From the NCBI RefSeq assembly GCF_009914755.1, contig NC_060927.1: 64,000 nt of DNA; one strand, written 5' to 3'. The stretch is from the human T2T-CHM13v2.0 reference genome, Homo sapiens. Positions 13,697-28,096 of this stretch are shown here, one piece after another (positions within the stretch are counted from its first letter, which is position 1; each line of letters opens with the position of its first letter). Both the position numbers and the translations under genes were made by a program. The notes under the pieces were generated by a model. It made no database searches, was not told the DNA's origin, and was given only the letters and a program-made list of their open reading frames with translations.

Positions 13697-13917
13697 CTAG
13701 CTCTATAAAAAGCAAGAAATGTATAAATCAAGTTATAAATGTATAAATTTTATTATAAACTTTAATGTATTGTATCCCATTAATGGTAGATGAAACAAAA
13801 CTAATGAATTTTTTAGGATTAAAAAATAATCTCAGAGCCATTAGTTTGACATTTTTTCCTTTCCCCAGCCTTCTTCTGAATATCACTTTCAGCCTGAAGA
13901 CCATAAAAATGGCTTTA

Positions 13918-14062
13918 AGCTGGGCATGGGGCACTTACCCCTATCCCAGCACTGTGGAAGGTCAAAGCAGGAGGATGTCTTGAGCTCAGAAGTTATAGAT
14001 GAGCCTGGGCAAAATAGTGGGATTTCATCTCTACAAAAATAAAAAGAAAAAGAAAGAAATAA
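13918..14062 (+). mobile_element. Alu monomer (FLAM-like)
   Basis: A single diverged left-arm monomer followed by an A-rich tail. Confidence 0.8.
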
Positions 14063-14713
14063 ATTTAAGATTTTCCAAAGTTTATATTATTTTATTTTTA
14101 AATCATGTTTTTCTTGGTCTCCAATAAATGTGAACTATACTATTTTATTGCTCCTGAACCTTCTCTGAATTTTCAAAATAGACAGAACAAAAGACAAAAT
14201 AGAAAAAGGGCAGTTCCCTAATTCCCTATGAAGAAAATGTAGTGTTAAAATAAATATTTTAATACAGGCTTATGATAAAGTATACACTTTGTAAAAAAAT
14301 TTACATCCATATGCTTCAAATATCTGCTTAATTATTCTTCTGTGGATATATTTAGAGGACTGAATATCTTCATATGTTCTTGATGTAAGAAAAAAAACTG
14401 GAAGACATTACGTTAGACATATGTGTTCAAACTCTTTTGGTATCAAATAATTAAACTTGGCATTCAATTACCAATGACTGCCTATGCCATTTTCTACAGC
14501 TTAACTGGTTTAACATTTTAACATTAAAACAGATCAGTAGTAGCCAAGTTAGTATTAGCTTCATCTCAGATTCTATTTTTATGCTCTAAAGGACCATGCA
14601 AACCATTAGGTTAAGTTTTACAAATAAACTATCACTGTGAAAAGATTTTTAAAACGAAATAAACCTCTAAGAAAAATGTGAAAGAATTATCTTGGTCATA
14701 TATTTTGAGAATA

Positions 14714-15057
14714 CAATCACGTATTACTTAATGACAAGGATATATTGTAGGAAATGCATGGTTAGGTTATTTTATCATTGTGCAAACATCATGACTGTAC
14801 TACACAAACTGAAATGATATAACCAATAACACACCTATGCTATATGGTATAACCTATTGCTCCTAGGCTGCAAACCTGTACAGTATGTTACTGTGATGAA
14901 CACTGTAAGCAACTTTAACACAATGATAAATAGTTGTATATTGAAACATACTTAACTATAGAAAAAGAACAGTAAAACAGGGTATTATAATCTTATATGA
15001 CACCACTGAATTTGTAGTTCATTGTTAACTGAAATGTTGTTTTGTGGTACATGATGG
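14714..15057 (+). mobile_element. Tigger3a (MER7A) DNA transposon MITE
   Basis: TA-flanked; contains TATATGGTATAACCTATTGCTCCTAGGCTGCAAACCTGTACAG and TATTATAATCTTAT motifs typical of Tigger3. Confidence 0.82.
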
Positions 15058-15959
15058 TATATTAATTTTAATGAAGATAAAATGTTTCAGGTTGTTTTGT
15101 TTGAGGATTATTATCACCAAATAATAAATGATATCTCTAGAATGTGATAACAGCATGCTAGAATTTGATCATGTAAAATAGTTTCATTTTCAGGCTTGTT
15201 GTTGTTTCTGTGATACACTGTATGTTTTCAGCAGTATCTGGAACAGGTGTAACCTAGTAACTAAGATGCCTAACTTTGGAATCTGTCTTCAATTTGTCAG
15301 CTTATTTTACCTTAAACAAAGGATTTACGCTCTCTAGGCTTTTTGCTTATATGAGAAACAAATGGAGATAATAAGAATGAGTATGACATAAAATGTTTGT
15401 GAGAATAATGAAAAGCAACCCAATCTTAAGAAATATGACTGCGAAGAATATATACTAAATGCCCTGAAAAAGGGTATCTGTGGTTATAGCCATGATTGAC
15501 TCTGTATTATCGCTTATTAATAAATATGAATTTCGTTTCAATTATCTTTTAATTTAGTTATGTGATTTTAAAAAGGTTGTTGTATTTTTACATAAGACTA
15601 GGAACACAGAAATTCCTAATTGTTTGCCAGTAGCATCTATTTCACATTTTATAAGAAAATTAATGGAAAAAGTGTGTTAAGACATGTTCATTTGACGTAC
15701 AAACTTTGCTAAGACATATCCATCAATCATTCCATGGTAAACATTTGTAACATTTCACTCTTCTCAAGATAAACCAAAGGCTCTCCCATGTTATTATATT
15801 AGGAACATTACTGCTAATGTGATTTTATAAACATTCTCCATGTATATCACTGTCTGAATCTGCACACTGAAGCTAAATGTTATATTTAATTTTATTTGTG
15901 GCAGAATAAAAAGTTGTTAAGGAGCAAACGTTCCATTTCCGTTGGAAATAGAACCTTAT

Positions 15960-16280
15960 GGCTGGAAATAGTGGCTTATGCTTGTAATCTTATCACTTTG
16001 TGAGGTCCAGGCAGGAAGATTTCTTGAGCCCAGGAATTCAAGACCAGCTTGGGCAACATAGTGAGATCTTGCCTCCACTAAAAATTAAAAATTCAGCAGG
16101 GCATGGTGGTGCATGCCTGTAGTCCCAGCTGCTTGGGAGGTTGAGGTGAGAGGATTGCTTAAGCCCAGGAGTTCAAGGGTGCAGTGAGCCGTGATTATGC
16201 CACTGAACTCCAGCCTGGGTGGCAAAGCAAGGCGCTCTTTGAAACAATTCACCCAAGCAACCAACCAACAAACAAAAACA
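15960..16280 (+). mobile_element. Alu (AluJ-like)
   Basis: TTGAGCCCAGGAATTCAAGACCAGCTTGGGCAACATAGTGAGA; high divergence; (CAAC)/A tail. Confidence 0.9.
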
Positions 16281-17211
16281 CCTCATTTAGATGACTGAGC
16301 TTTAATTTTTTTCTATAGATATAAATCTGAAAGTTTTATTGGAAATACCTTTAAGTATTTATTATTCATCATTATTTCTGAATGAGGCAATACTGTCTAA
16401 AACTACATAGTGAACACATTTACATAGAGTTGGTTATATGATATAAATACACTTTTGTCTTATATATGTTTTTAATTTTTTACCTTATTTTAAACTGTTT
16501 TTATTATTATTCCAGGGACAACTACCTAATTTTAAAAATCTATTGCTTGTTTCTTTCTTATAAAATCGCAATATTTTATACAGATCCAATATTTTACAAG
16601 TTTTTCTTTTCTAATTATTTATTAATACACCTGAAGAAAACGCTTAAAATCTTTTATCCTAATTTCACTTCTCACCTCCATCAATCACATAATCCTTGTA
16701 ACTTTGTTCTTCTTCTTCAAACATAAAGATTTTTAAAAATTCTAATATGTTAGACTTTAAAATATTTCTTTGTAAAACAAACAGAAAAAAATAGAAAAAA
16801 TACAATTTATACAATGTATGTACACCTTTGAAAGTCCATTCAAGTTGACAGACAAACTTCAGGAAAACACTTTGAAAACTGTGTATTTCTATTTTACGAT
16901 ATCTATCTCAGGAAGTTAGAAAAAAATAACAACTATACCCAAATTAGCAGAAGAAAAGAATTTATTAAGGTAAGAGCAGAAATTATTGAAATAGAATACA
17001 AGTATATAATAGAGGCAACAGAAAGGCAAACCTGACTTATGATTTCATTTCTGATATATAAACAGATTAGAAATACTCATTTCTTTCCTACCATAAGAAA
17101 ATGGTAGACAAATTTGAAATCACTGAATTTTTTTAGACCCACAGATAGAAGAATTTGCCAGGCAAACCACCATCCTGAAATCTGTAAAGACAAGATCATC
17201 CAAAGCATAGC

Positions 17212-18148
17212 TGTTATGGAGCAAATATTTGTGTTATCCTAACATTTATGTGTTGAAGCCTTAACCCCCATTGTGATGGTATTTAAAGATGAAGTATATT
17301 AGTTCTTTAGAGGGACAGGACTAATAGGATAAATGTATACATAAAAGGGAGTTTATTAAAAAGTATTGACTCACAGGATCACAAGGTGAAGTCCCACAAT
17401 AGGCCATCTGCAAACTGAAGAGCAAGGAAGCCAGTCTGAGTCCCAAAACCTCAAAAGTAGGGAAGCCGACAGTGCAGCCTTCAGTCTGTGGCTGAAGGCC
17501 CAAAAGCCCCTGGAAAACCACTTGTGTAGGTCCAAAAGTCCAAAAGCTGAAGAGCTTGGAGTCTGATGTTCAAGGACAGGAAGCATCCAGCACGGAGAAA
17601 GATGGATGCGACAAGACTTAGGCAGTCTAGTCCTTCCACATTCTTCTGCCTGCTTTTATCCTAGCCATGTTGGCAGATGATTAGAGGGTGCCCACCCATA
17701 TTGAGGGTGCATCTGCGCCTCCTAGTTCACTGACTCAAATGTTAATTTTTATTTTTGGCAACACCCTCACAGACACACCCAGCAACAATACTTTGCATCT
17801 TTCAATCCAATCGAGTTGACACTCAATATTCACCATCACTTGGGCCCTTTGGGAGTTACAGTAATTAGGAATGGATTAGCTCATGAAGGTGGGGCTTTCC
17901 TGATGGGAAAGCTTTATAGATAGCTCTCTTTCTCGCTCTCTTTCATGCCTGCATGGAGAAAAGGCCATGTGAGGACATAGCAAGAAGGGAGCCCCCTGCA
18001 AGCCAGGAAGAGAAAGCATACAATAACCTCATTATGTTGGCACCGTGGTCTTGAAATTCCAGATTCCAGCACTGTGAGGCAATAAATGTCTGTCGTTTAA
18101 GACCCAGGGTATGGCATTATATTACGACAGCCAACAGTGAGTAAGATA
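17212..18148 (+). mobile_element. MLT1A-type MaLR LTR split by MLT2A2
   Basis: TGTTATGG...GTTGAAGCCTTAACCCCCATTGTGATGGTATT start; GGCCATGTGAGGACATAGCAAGAAGG and AATAAATGTCTGTCGTTTAAG end; TSD ATAGC/ACAGC. Confidence 0.8.
17295..17840 (-). mobile_element. MLT2A2 (HERV-L) solo LTR
   Basis: AGAGGGACAGGACTAATAGGAT...CTCAAAAGTAGGGAAGCCGACAGTGCAGCCTTCAGTCTGTGG...CAATATTCACCATCAC. Confidence 0.87.
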
Positions 18149-18899
18149 ACAGCTAGGATCTGTTTATATGGAAGGGAAAATACTTGAGCTATAAATTGAT
18201 AGCATTTAAATGACAATTTGGACAAATAGAGACTGAATGTGTACTAGTGTGTCAGTGAGAAGGTCCCAAGAAGCATGGTCTTAGGGGGCCTTACACTTTC
18301 ATGGACTTTACCTATTAGAAGTTCACAAGATTTTCTGGGGAAGAATCAAGAAATACCTACTCATGTCTCTGGCAAATGGAAGAGAAGTGTAATCATTGTG
18401 AAATATGGAGAAGGCTTCATAACAATGGGCTATATTGCAAAGGGAACTAGTTAGAACTTTATCAGAGTCAAGGAAGGGCTTTTCTCTCACTCTAGCCACC
18501 TCTATACCTTTCCTATCTGAGCAAGGAGCAAAAAATTAATAGTCAGTGAAGGGAAGAACTTCAAGAAAATATGAAAAATCTCCACCCAGGGAAGCCAGTA
18601 GGGAACAATGGGTAGAATAAACAAAAATAAAATTATGTAAATGCAGAAACACTTGTAAAAGTAACAGCCAAAAGACACAGTCCGGGTAAAAGATTGACAC
18701 GGAATTAGAAGAATATAGAGAGCATCCTCTCTCCCATACTGTATTGCTGCACAAACCAGTCTCTACCATAATACAGTGCCTTACAACTGAATATATTTCA
18801 TGACACAGACTCTCTGTGGGCAGTAATATGTATGAGAATTCAAAGTTAAGAGGGGAGACAAAAGCAAGAACGTGAGGAACATGAAGCATCTGACTCCAT

Positions 18900-19484
18900 T
18901 GATAAAGCAGTTTAGAAGAAATTACTTAGGTAGATTGTGAGGGTATGGAAGTCCTTGGTAAGGTTTTCCTTTTAATGAAAAGTAGCCCCAAATTATTTTT
19001 CCTTCTAACACAGAGCAGCTTGTAAATTCGAGCTGCAGACATAGATGCCTGCAGTCGTGCCAATCATATTCAAGATGGTGGCTCCTTTTTTCCTCCTCTT
19101 TGTCAGCCACCTGTAGAGTAAGGAGCAGACAAGATGGCCCATGCCAAAGGGAAAATTTATATGCATAATAAAATTAGAGTGGGGCAGCCAGTCTTCCCCA
19201 TGCACTATGTAAACGTCATACCTGATGGAACCAATCTGTGAACCTTATGTAAATCAGACACTGCCTCCTCAAGCCTGACTATGAAATCTGGCACATCTGC
19301 CGTGGGCCAATCCTTTCTTTACGGAAGTACCCTCTCTCTCACTAGAGAGAGATCCTTTTTCTTTCTCTTTCTTTTGCTTATTAAACCTCCTCTCCTAATC
19401 TCCTCGTGTGTGTCCACGTCTTAAATTTTCTTGGTGCAAGATAACAAACTCCAGGTATTTAGCCCAGACAATGTAGCCCCTTCT
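18900..19484 (+). mobile_element. ERV1 solo LTR (LTR9-like)
   Basis: TGATA...AGAAGAAATTACTTAGG...GGTAAGGTTTTCCTTTTAATGAAAAG start; ATTAAA polyA signal ~19380; CCCAGACAA...TTC end. Confidence 0.75.
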
Positions 19485-19647
19485 CAACAGCTCTAAAAAT
19501 GCTAAGAATACCAATTACTAGGCAAGTTAACATAAATCCTCATACTAGAGGCCTTTTTACCGTGGTTCTTAGTACAAAATACCACATGTCCAAAATTCAA
19601 CAAATGCTTAAAAGCCATGCCAAAAGGTAAAATAAAAGCACAATCCA

Positions 19648-19752
19648 GATGACGGGTTGATGAGTGCAGCAAACCATGATGGCACATGTATACCTCTGTA
19701 ACAAATCTTCACATTCTGCACATGTATCCCAGAACTTAAGTATAATAATTTA
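19648..19752 (+). mobile_element. Short L1PA (about PA7-8) 3' end with TSD
   Basis: GACGGGTTGATGAGTGCAGCAAACC...CATGTATCCCAGAACTTAAG; TSD AAAA(G/C)CACAATCCA at 19634-19647 and 19753-19766. Confidence 0.9.
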
Positions 19753-22562
19753 AAAACCACAATCCAAAGGCACAAAACAATCATTAAAACCAGACTTAGT
19801 CATGACAGATATTGGAATGATTAGAAAGGGAATTTTAAATAACTTTTATTAATATGTTAAGGATTCTAATTGAAAAAGTAGACATTATGCAAGAACAGAT
19901 AAGTAACAAAGCCAGAGAGATATAAACTGTAATAAAAATTAAAAAGAAAATACTAGGTATAAAGAATGTTGTAACAGAAATGAAGAATGACTTTTATGGC
20001 TCATTATACAATGGAACAGACAAGGAAAATATTAGTAAGCTTTTATATAGGTCAGTAGATACAAGCCGAATCAAAATGCAAAGAGGAAAAAATGAATATA
20101 TTAACAGATCATTGAACTGAATAACAATTTTATAAAAGTGATACTAGACACACAATTAAAAATGAGAAAGAGGAAACAATGAAATAGAGATATATTTGAA
20201 GTTATAACAAAACGTTACAAAAGGAAAACTAAAATTGGCAATATTAATTATGAATTATCTGTACTACATTTAAACTGATAAAGATTTATTTGAATATTGA
20301 CTTGGGTTAGTCAAAAATATACTAAAAACAATAAAATAAGTATAATGGACATTAAGAACATTGGACATTAAGAACATAAGGACATTGAGATAAAATTTTA
20401 TCATAAAAAAGTTCAAATAGAACCATACAAGCAGGAGAGAAAGAACAAAAACAAAACAAGAAAGTAGTAATACTTACAAAAATGGTAGATATTAAAACCA
20501 CCTAATTAATAATTCATTTGAATGGGAATATTCAAAATATACAAATAATAGAATAAATAAACAAGACCAAATAATATGTTGTCTACAAAAAACTGACTTT
20601 AAATAGAAAGCTTAGACACTTTGAACAAAAGATACAAAAAAAGACATATGATAATAAGACCAGTTAAAAGAAAGCTATGTAGCTGTATTAATTCCAGACA
20701 AAGCAGACTTTACAAAAAGAAGGATTATCAGTAATGGAGAGGGACACTACATACTAATAATGATAAAGGAGTTAATTCACCAGAGACATAAATCTAAACA
20801 CATATGCATCCAGCAACACAGTGCCAAAATACATGAGGCAAAATTGACAGAATGGAAAGGATAAATTAAGAATCCAATGCTATAGGTGAAGATTTTCACA
20901 ATTCTCTGTAACTGATATATTAAACTTTCAGAAAATCAGAAAGTTTACAATTGACCTGAATAGCATTATGAATCAATTTGATTCAATTGATAATTATAGA
21001 ATACTCAATACAACATCAGTGAAATATATATTTTTTCTGAGCTCATATGGAACATTCACCTTCATAGGTCATATTGTGGGTCATAAAATACACCTCATCA
21101 AATTTAAATAGAATTCACATGTTGTTTTTTTAATACCCAAATGAAGTTAAACTAGAAATCAATAAAAGAAAGAAAATTGAAAAATATCCAAATATTTGGA
21201 AATTAAGCAACACACTTTTAAATAACATGCGGGTCAAGGAATTCTCAATAAAAATTACATATAATATAATATATATTGTATATATAAGGTTATATATAAT
21301 TTCTCAATACAAATTATATATTTTATACATATATATAATTGAAAATACCTCTTATTCATGGGATGCAACATAAACACTGATAAAGAAAATCAATAATGTT
21401 AAATATATGGGTTACAAAAATAAGAAAGAAAAAGAAAGCAACAACCTAGCTCTACATTAGGAAAAGAACAAATAAAAATTTAAACCTAAAGTATTTCACC
21501 TGGAAAAAGTAATAGAGCAGAAATCAATGAAGCTGAAAATAAGAAAACAATAGAGAAAATTAACAAAATCCAAAGCATATTCTGCAAAAATGATCAGTAA
21601 AAGTGATGAACTTCTAACCAGAATAACTAAAAATAAAAGAGAGAAGACACACATTACTAACATCAGAAATAACATGAGGGTCATTGCTAGCAATCTCATG
21701 AACTTTATAAAAATAATAATTAAAGATTACTAACAAATGTGGGCTAATTTCAACTTAGATGAAATAGATTAATTCCATCAATGACACATCGTACTCAAAG
21801 TATGATAAATGTACTTAAATAGCTATTTATCTCATAAAGAAATTAGATCAATGGTTAATAATCTTCTAAAAATAAAATAGTAGGCATAGATGGGCTCACC
21901 AGTGAATACTACCAAATATGTCAGGGTAAAAAGTGATGCCATTCTCAGCAATCTGTCAAAAAAAAATTGCAACAGTGACCACTTCCTATCTCCTTCTACA
22001 AGGTCTGCATTGCCCTAATACCAAAATATAAAAATATGTAAAAAAAAAAAAAAAACAAACAGCAATGTCTCTTATGAATATGGATGTAAACAATCTTAAT
22101 ATAATAGCTATGTAAACCCAACAATGTATTAGAATATACACCACCACTAAATGAGATATATTTGAAAGACATCGTTTGCTGCAGTATTTGAAACCCAATC
22201 AGTGCATCCCACTATATCGACAGACTGAATAAGAAAAACTGTAGAATCCTATGCATTAATGCAGAGAAAATATTTTCTAAAGACCTAATAATGATGCATA
22301 ATAGAAAAATAGATAACTAGGAATAGGGAGGACCTGACCCAACTTATTAACAATGATCTATGTCAAACGTACAGCTCATACACTTGATAGTGAAAGCCTG
22401 GTCGTGTTCGTCCTAAGAATGGGAAAAAGACAAGGATGTCCTCTATGCTTATTAACACTGTTGTTAAACCGTACCAGCAGTCTTAGGTGTCTGGGGGGAA
22501 AAAAGGCAACAAATAAAATGTACATAGATTGAAAAAAAAAAGAAATAAAACTCTCTGTTCAC

Positions 22563-23440
22563 TCTGTTAGAGTGGCTAAAATATACAAGTTAGTACCAAA
22601 CGCTGGTGAGGATGTGAAGCAAGAAATACCATCATTCATCACTGATGGGAAGGCAAAATGGTACAAATGATTTGGAAAACAGTTTGGCATTTTCTTAAAA
22701 AACTAAACATTGTCTTATAATACAATTACTAATCATGTTCCTTGGTATTTACACAAATAAGTTGAAAACTTGTTCACACAAACACCTGCACACGTATATT
22801 TATATCAGCTTTATTCATAATTGCAAAAACTTGGTAGCAAGCAAGATATCTTTCAGTAGGTGAATTATACAGAAACTGTGATACAGCCATACATTGAAAT
22901 ATGATTCAGTGCTAAACAGAAATGAGCTTTCAAGCTTCAAATGCACATTAGTCAGTACAAAAAGTCAATAGAAGAGGTCAAATATTGTATGGTTGCAACT
23001 GTATGACATTATGAAAAAGAAAAAAAAAACTCTGGAGACAGTAAAAAGATTAGTGGTTGCCAGGGGGTGAGGTGAAGGAAGGATGAATAGGAGAAGCACA
23101 GAGGATTTTTAGGGCAGTTTAACCACTCAGCATCATGCTATAATGGTGTGTATGTGTCATTATACATTTGTAAATTACAAAAAAAAAAAAAAAAATAAAT
23201 AAAAATAAATAAATACAACAGCAAACTTTAATGTAAATTAGGTAATTATGTAAATTATGGACTTTAAGTAATAATGATGTCTATCAGTTACAACAAATGT
23301 ACCACTCTGGTGTAGGATGTTGACAATGGGGGGGACTTCATGTGTGGAGATAAGGGATTTATGAGAATTCCACTTTTTGCTCAATTTTGCTATGAGTCTA
23401 AAACTGCTTTTTAAAAAATACAGTTTATTTAAAAATTTTT
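22563..23440 (+). mobile_element. L1MC-type 3' end inserted into the RT region of the host L1
   Basis: A separate L1 3' end with its own A-rich terminus; degenerate TSD CTCTCTGTTCAC / CCTCCCGGTTCAC; host ORF2 resumes at ~23457. Confidence 0.75.
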
Positions 23441-24259
23441 TAAGCCTCCCGGTTCACAAATGGGATGAGTGTCTATGCAGAAAATTCCAAATAATTTAGA
23501 AAAGCACCCACGTGGAAAAAAATAAGAAAGCATAGTATGACTGAGGGAAACAAGGTCAATATACAAAGTTCAATTGTTTTCCTATATACTAGCAATAAAC
23601 ACAAAAGAATTTGTAATTTTAAAACTACAATTTTCAATTGCATTTAACAAAAAGAAATAGGAATAAATCTACCAAAAATAAGTATAGGATCTATACAGAA
23701 ACAACTATGAATGCCTATGAAAGAAATTAAAAATTATTGCAATTAGGAGAGTTATATCATGCTCATGAATTAGAAGTCTCAATATTGTAATAACATTTTT
23801 TCCCAACTTGACTTCTAATTGAATGTTTTCCAATCAAAATCCTAATAGACAAGTATAGATATTGATGAATTGATTCTAAAGTTTCTATGGATAAGCAAAA
23901 GATGTACAATAATCAACGCCATTCTTGTGAATATAAAAAGAAGACTCAAATTACCCTATTTTGATACTTAATGTAAATCTACAGTTTTCAAGACAGAAAG
24001 ATATTCACAAAAAAATACACACATTAATTAGTTAAACATTACAGAGTTGAGATACCTTATACAAAAAATAACAGAAGATTGGTTCAAAGCCAAATATAAA
24101 ATGCAAAACAATAATGCATTTTACAAAAAGGAGGAGAAAATCCATGTGACCAATGGTTGAGTAAATAATTTTTTAATATAATACTAACAGCATGACTTAA
24201 AAAATGATAGTTTGCACTTTAGTAAAATTTAAAAATTAAAGTATGTAAAAGATGCAGTC

Positions 24260-24570
<311 letters not shown>

Positions 24571-26673
24571 AAGAAGTCAAGAGCATGAAAAGACAAACCA
24601 CAGACTGGAAGAAAATATTTTAAAAATACTTATCTGCTAAATAACTTGAATCCAAAATCCAAAAACATTCCTAACCTAACAGTATGAAAACAAATTAATT
24701 AAAAATTTAGCGAAACATCTGAAGGGATTCCTTACAAAGGAAAATATGCAATGGCAAATAAGCATATGAAAATATTCTTTTGTCCTTAGAGAATTTGTCC
24801 TTAGAGAATTACAAATTAAAATAACAACGAGCTATTGCTTCACGCATATTAGAATAGTTAAAATCCAAAATACTGGTAATACCACAATACCAGCTCTTGG
24901 CAAGGACTCAGAGCAACAGGAACTCTCATTCGTTGCTGGTAATATTATGGTCCTTTGCAAGCCAGTTTATGACTCAGCAACTGAACTCTTGGGTATTTAA
25001 TCAACTGAGTTTAAAATTTATGTTTATATAAAATCATGACACAAATATTAGACACATTTTACATAAATATCAAATTATAGAAGAAGCCAAGATATTATTC
25101 AATGAAGTTGAGTGCAAAAGCAAACGGTGGTATGTCCATGCAATGTTGTACTGTTTAGTAATCATAATTAAAAATAGCTCTCAAGCCCTGAAAAAATATA
25201 ATTTTATTTGAATATCGCTAACTAAAAAAAACAGTTTGAAAAGGCTGCATACTGTAGTATTCTATTTATATCACATTCTGGAAAAGGCAAAACAATAGCG
25301 AGGATGAACAAATCAGTGATTGCCAGAGGTAAATGGTGGGGAATAGTTGAATAGGTAAAATCCAGGGTATCGTTTAGAGCAGTGTAACTATTCTGTGTGA
25401 GACTGTAATGGTGAATAGATACCACTATTCATTTGTCAAAACTCATAGAGCTTTATAACATAAAGAGTGAAATTTTTTTTATAAACACAGGAGATTGGAA
25501 TATCACAGGTTGTGATTTAGAATGGTAAGCAAACAAATAAACAACAACAAAAAAAAACTAACTGTATTATAAATATATTTAAAAATCTCACTGACGTGAT
25601 AGTGTGCTGGCTTAACTAACTTTGGAAATGGTGCAATGAATAAAAAGTCTGAATGAAATGTGCTTAAGCACAGTGCCCTATTTGATAATGATTATCAGCA
25701 GAATACTGGTTAAAAATATTGGAACCATTATACGTGTATGATGGAATTAAACAATTAATTGAATTGATGGTAGATGTTAGCAGACATGTTTCTCACCATT
25801 GGTGTAGAAATTTACTGCTAATTAGAAAGCTAGAATATGTGTTATATTCGATTTTGATACATCAGTAAGAACCTATGTTAAGCTTAATATAGATAAAGAT
25901 GAGTGCATATAGAAATATTTACATGTATGCATATACACACGAGTTAGTGTAAACGCATTTATACTAACTTTTAAAACATATTACTTTCCTCCATTAACAA
26001 GAAGAGGGCTAGAAGAATAATATTCTTGTAGCAACGCACACACCTAACATGTAAATCGTGATTTCTAATACTGTTTTCCAATAAAATGAACTAGGGCTCT
26101 TTAGGGAGAGCTAATTCTAGGACTGGGAAACAAAATATACAAAAATAAGGTTAAAGCATCTTGTGGCTCCAGGAAATAAGAAAGTCCTCTAAAACATTAA
26201 AATAATGTGTAAAAAAGACACAAAAGCTAACTGAAAGAGCTTCAAGCAACCAAAATGGAAAATTTTGAACAACAAAATATAGTATTGAATTATAACCCAA
26301 AGCATATAATGTCCATGAGTCCATACTAAAATAAATAAATAATTAAACAACAAAAATAAATTAAGAAATAAATGGGGAAGAACAGCAAAAATTCCCTATT
26401 TAGGATTTCAATTATTTTATGTAGATACTTTACTCTCAAAGAAATAGAGCATTACTCCCCACTAATTAAGTGTGGCCTTCACTGTGTGTCTTACCTCAAA
26501 TGAATGCAGTATGGAATGAGGGAAAAAGTATTTTTTACAATGAAAAACCTGACAAACTCTACCTCAGCCAGATGATCAAGGTTAAAATAAAAAGTAATGT
26601 CATGTTGACAGAAGATGCTGTTGTTATGATGTAATAGTAATGGCGCTTCTATGGTCTGTTTTCCCTAAAATTT

Positions 26674-27184
26674 TGTGACAGTTAATTTTATATACTCACT
26701 TGACTGGGTTGTAGAGTGTCCAGATATTTGTTCAAACATTATTCTGTGAGGGTGTTTTTGAATGAGATTAACATTTAAGTGGGTAGACTGGTTAAAACAA
26801 ATAGTATCACACTTTGGAAGCCAGTTTGTCAGCTTTTCACAAAGTCCAACAGTTATACCACATGATTCAGCAGTCGTACTTTTGGGTATTTAATCATATG
26901 AGTTGAAAATTTATGTTTATATAAAAATCCATAAAATAAAAATTTCCACCCCCTTCCATAATGGCAGTGAGCTTCATCCAGTCAGTTGAAGGCCTGAATT
27001 GAACAAAAGTTTAACTCCTTCTCAAGTAAGATACTTTTTCACCCTACTGACCTTTGAACTGGAGCATAAGCTTTTCCTGTTTCTACAGCAGATTTCAGCT
27101 TTGAAATTAACTGGGGCATAAGCTCAGCAGATTTTGGATTTACCAGTCTCCATAATTGCATGAGTCAATTTTATAAAATAAATC

Positions 27185-27238
<54 letters not shown>

Positions 27239-27280
27239 TATATACATACCATATTGGTTCTATTTCTCTGGAAAACTACA
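26674..27280 (+). mobile_element. MLT2D-like ERVL LTR containing a foreign L1 segment and (CA)n
   Basis: TGTGACAGTTAATTTTA...CTTGACTGGG; GAGATTAACATTTAA; CATCCAGTCAGTTGAAGGCCTGAAT; ATTGGTTCTATTTCTCTGGAAAAC. Confidence 0.8.
27188..27236. repeat. (CA)n microsatellite, about 24 units, perfect
   Basis: Seen directly. Confidence 0.97.
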
Positions 27281-27700
27281 CCCATAGTCTAATTAAAAAA
27301 AATAGGAAAATCCAATTTGAGAAATAGTTTACAAAACACCTAACCAGTATTTATTGCTCCAAAAATCAAAGTCATCAAAAATAAGGAAAATCTAAGAAGC
27401 CAGAACAGTGAGAAGGGCCTGAATCAGACATGACAACTAAATAAATTTAACCAGATACCCTGAATGAGATCCTAGAAGAGAAAATGAGTATTAGGCAAAA
27501 ACTGAAGAAATCTGAATAGCATACAGAATTTGCTGAATGATAATGCATAAATATTGATGTATTAATATATCCTAGAAAAATTCCATCCTAAAATAAACTG
27601 TCAACAATCATGAAAATAGAGTGTGGGTTCATATGTGAACTCTCTGTACTACATCAATTTTCCAATAAATTTAAAACGATTATAAGACGTTACTTTTTAA

Positions 27701-28096
<396 letters not shown>

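Noticed and set aside
17800-17815. DUX4 motifs in MLT2A2 and THE1 LTRs
   Set aside because: The positions are degenerate (CAATCCAATCG here; TTATTCAATTA, TGATTCAGTTT and CGAGTCAATAA in the THE1 LTRs), so I cannot support binding.
20340-20390. Short repeats (also 35155-35200 and 57038-57088) as a CRISPR-like array
   Set aside because: They are two to three adjacent units without unique spacers, with no cas genes, in a mammalian context.
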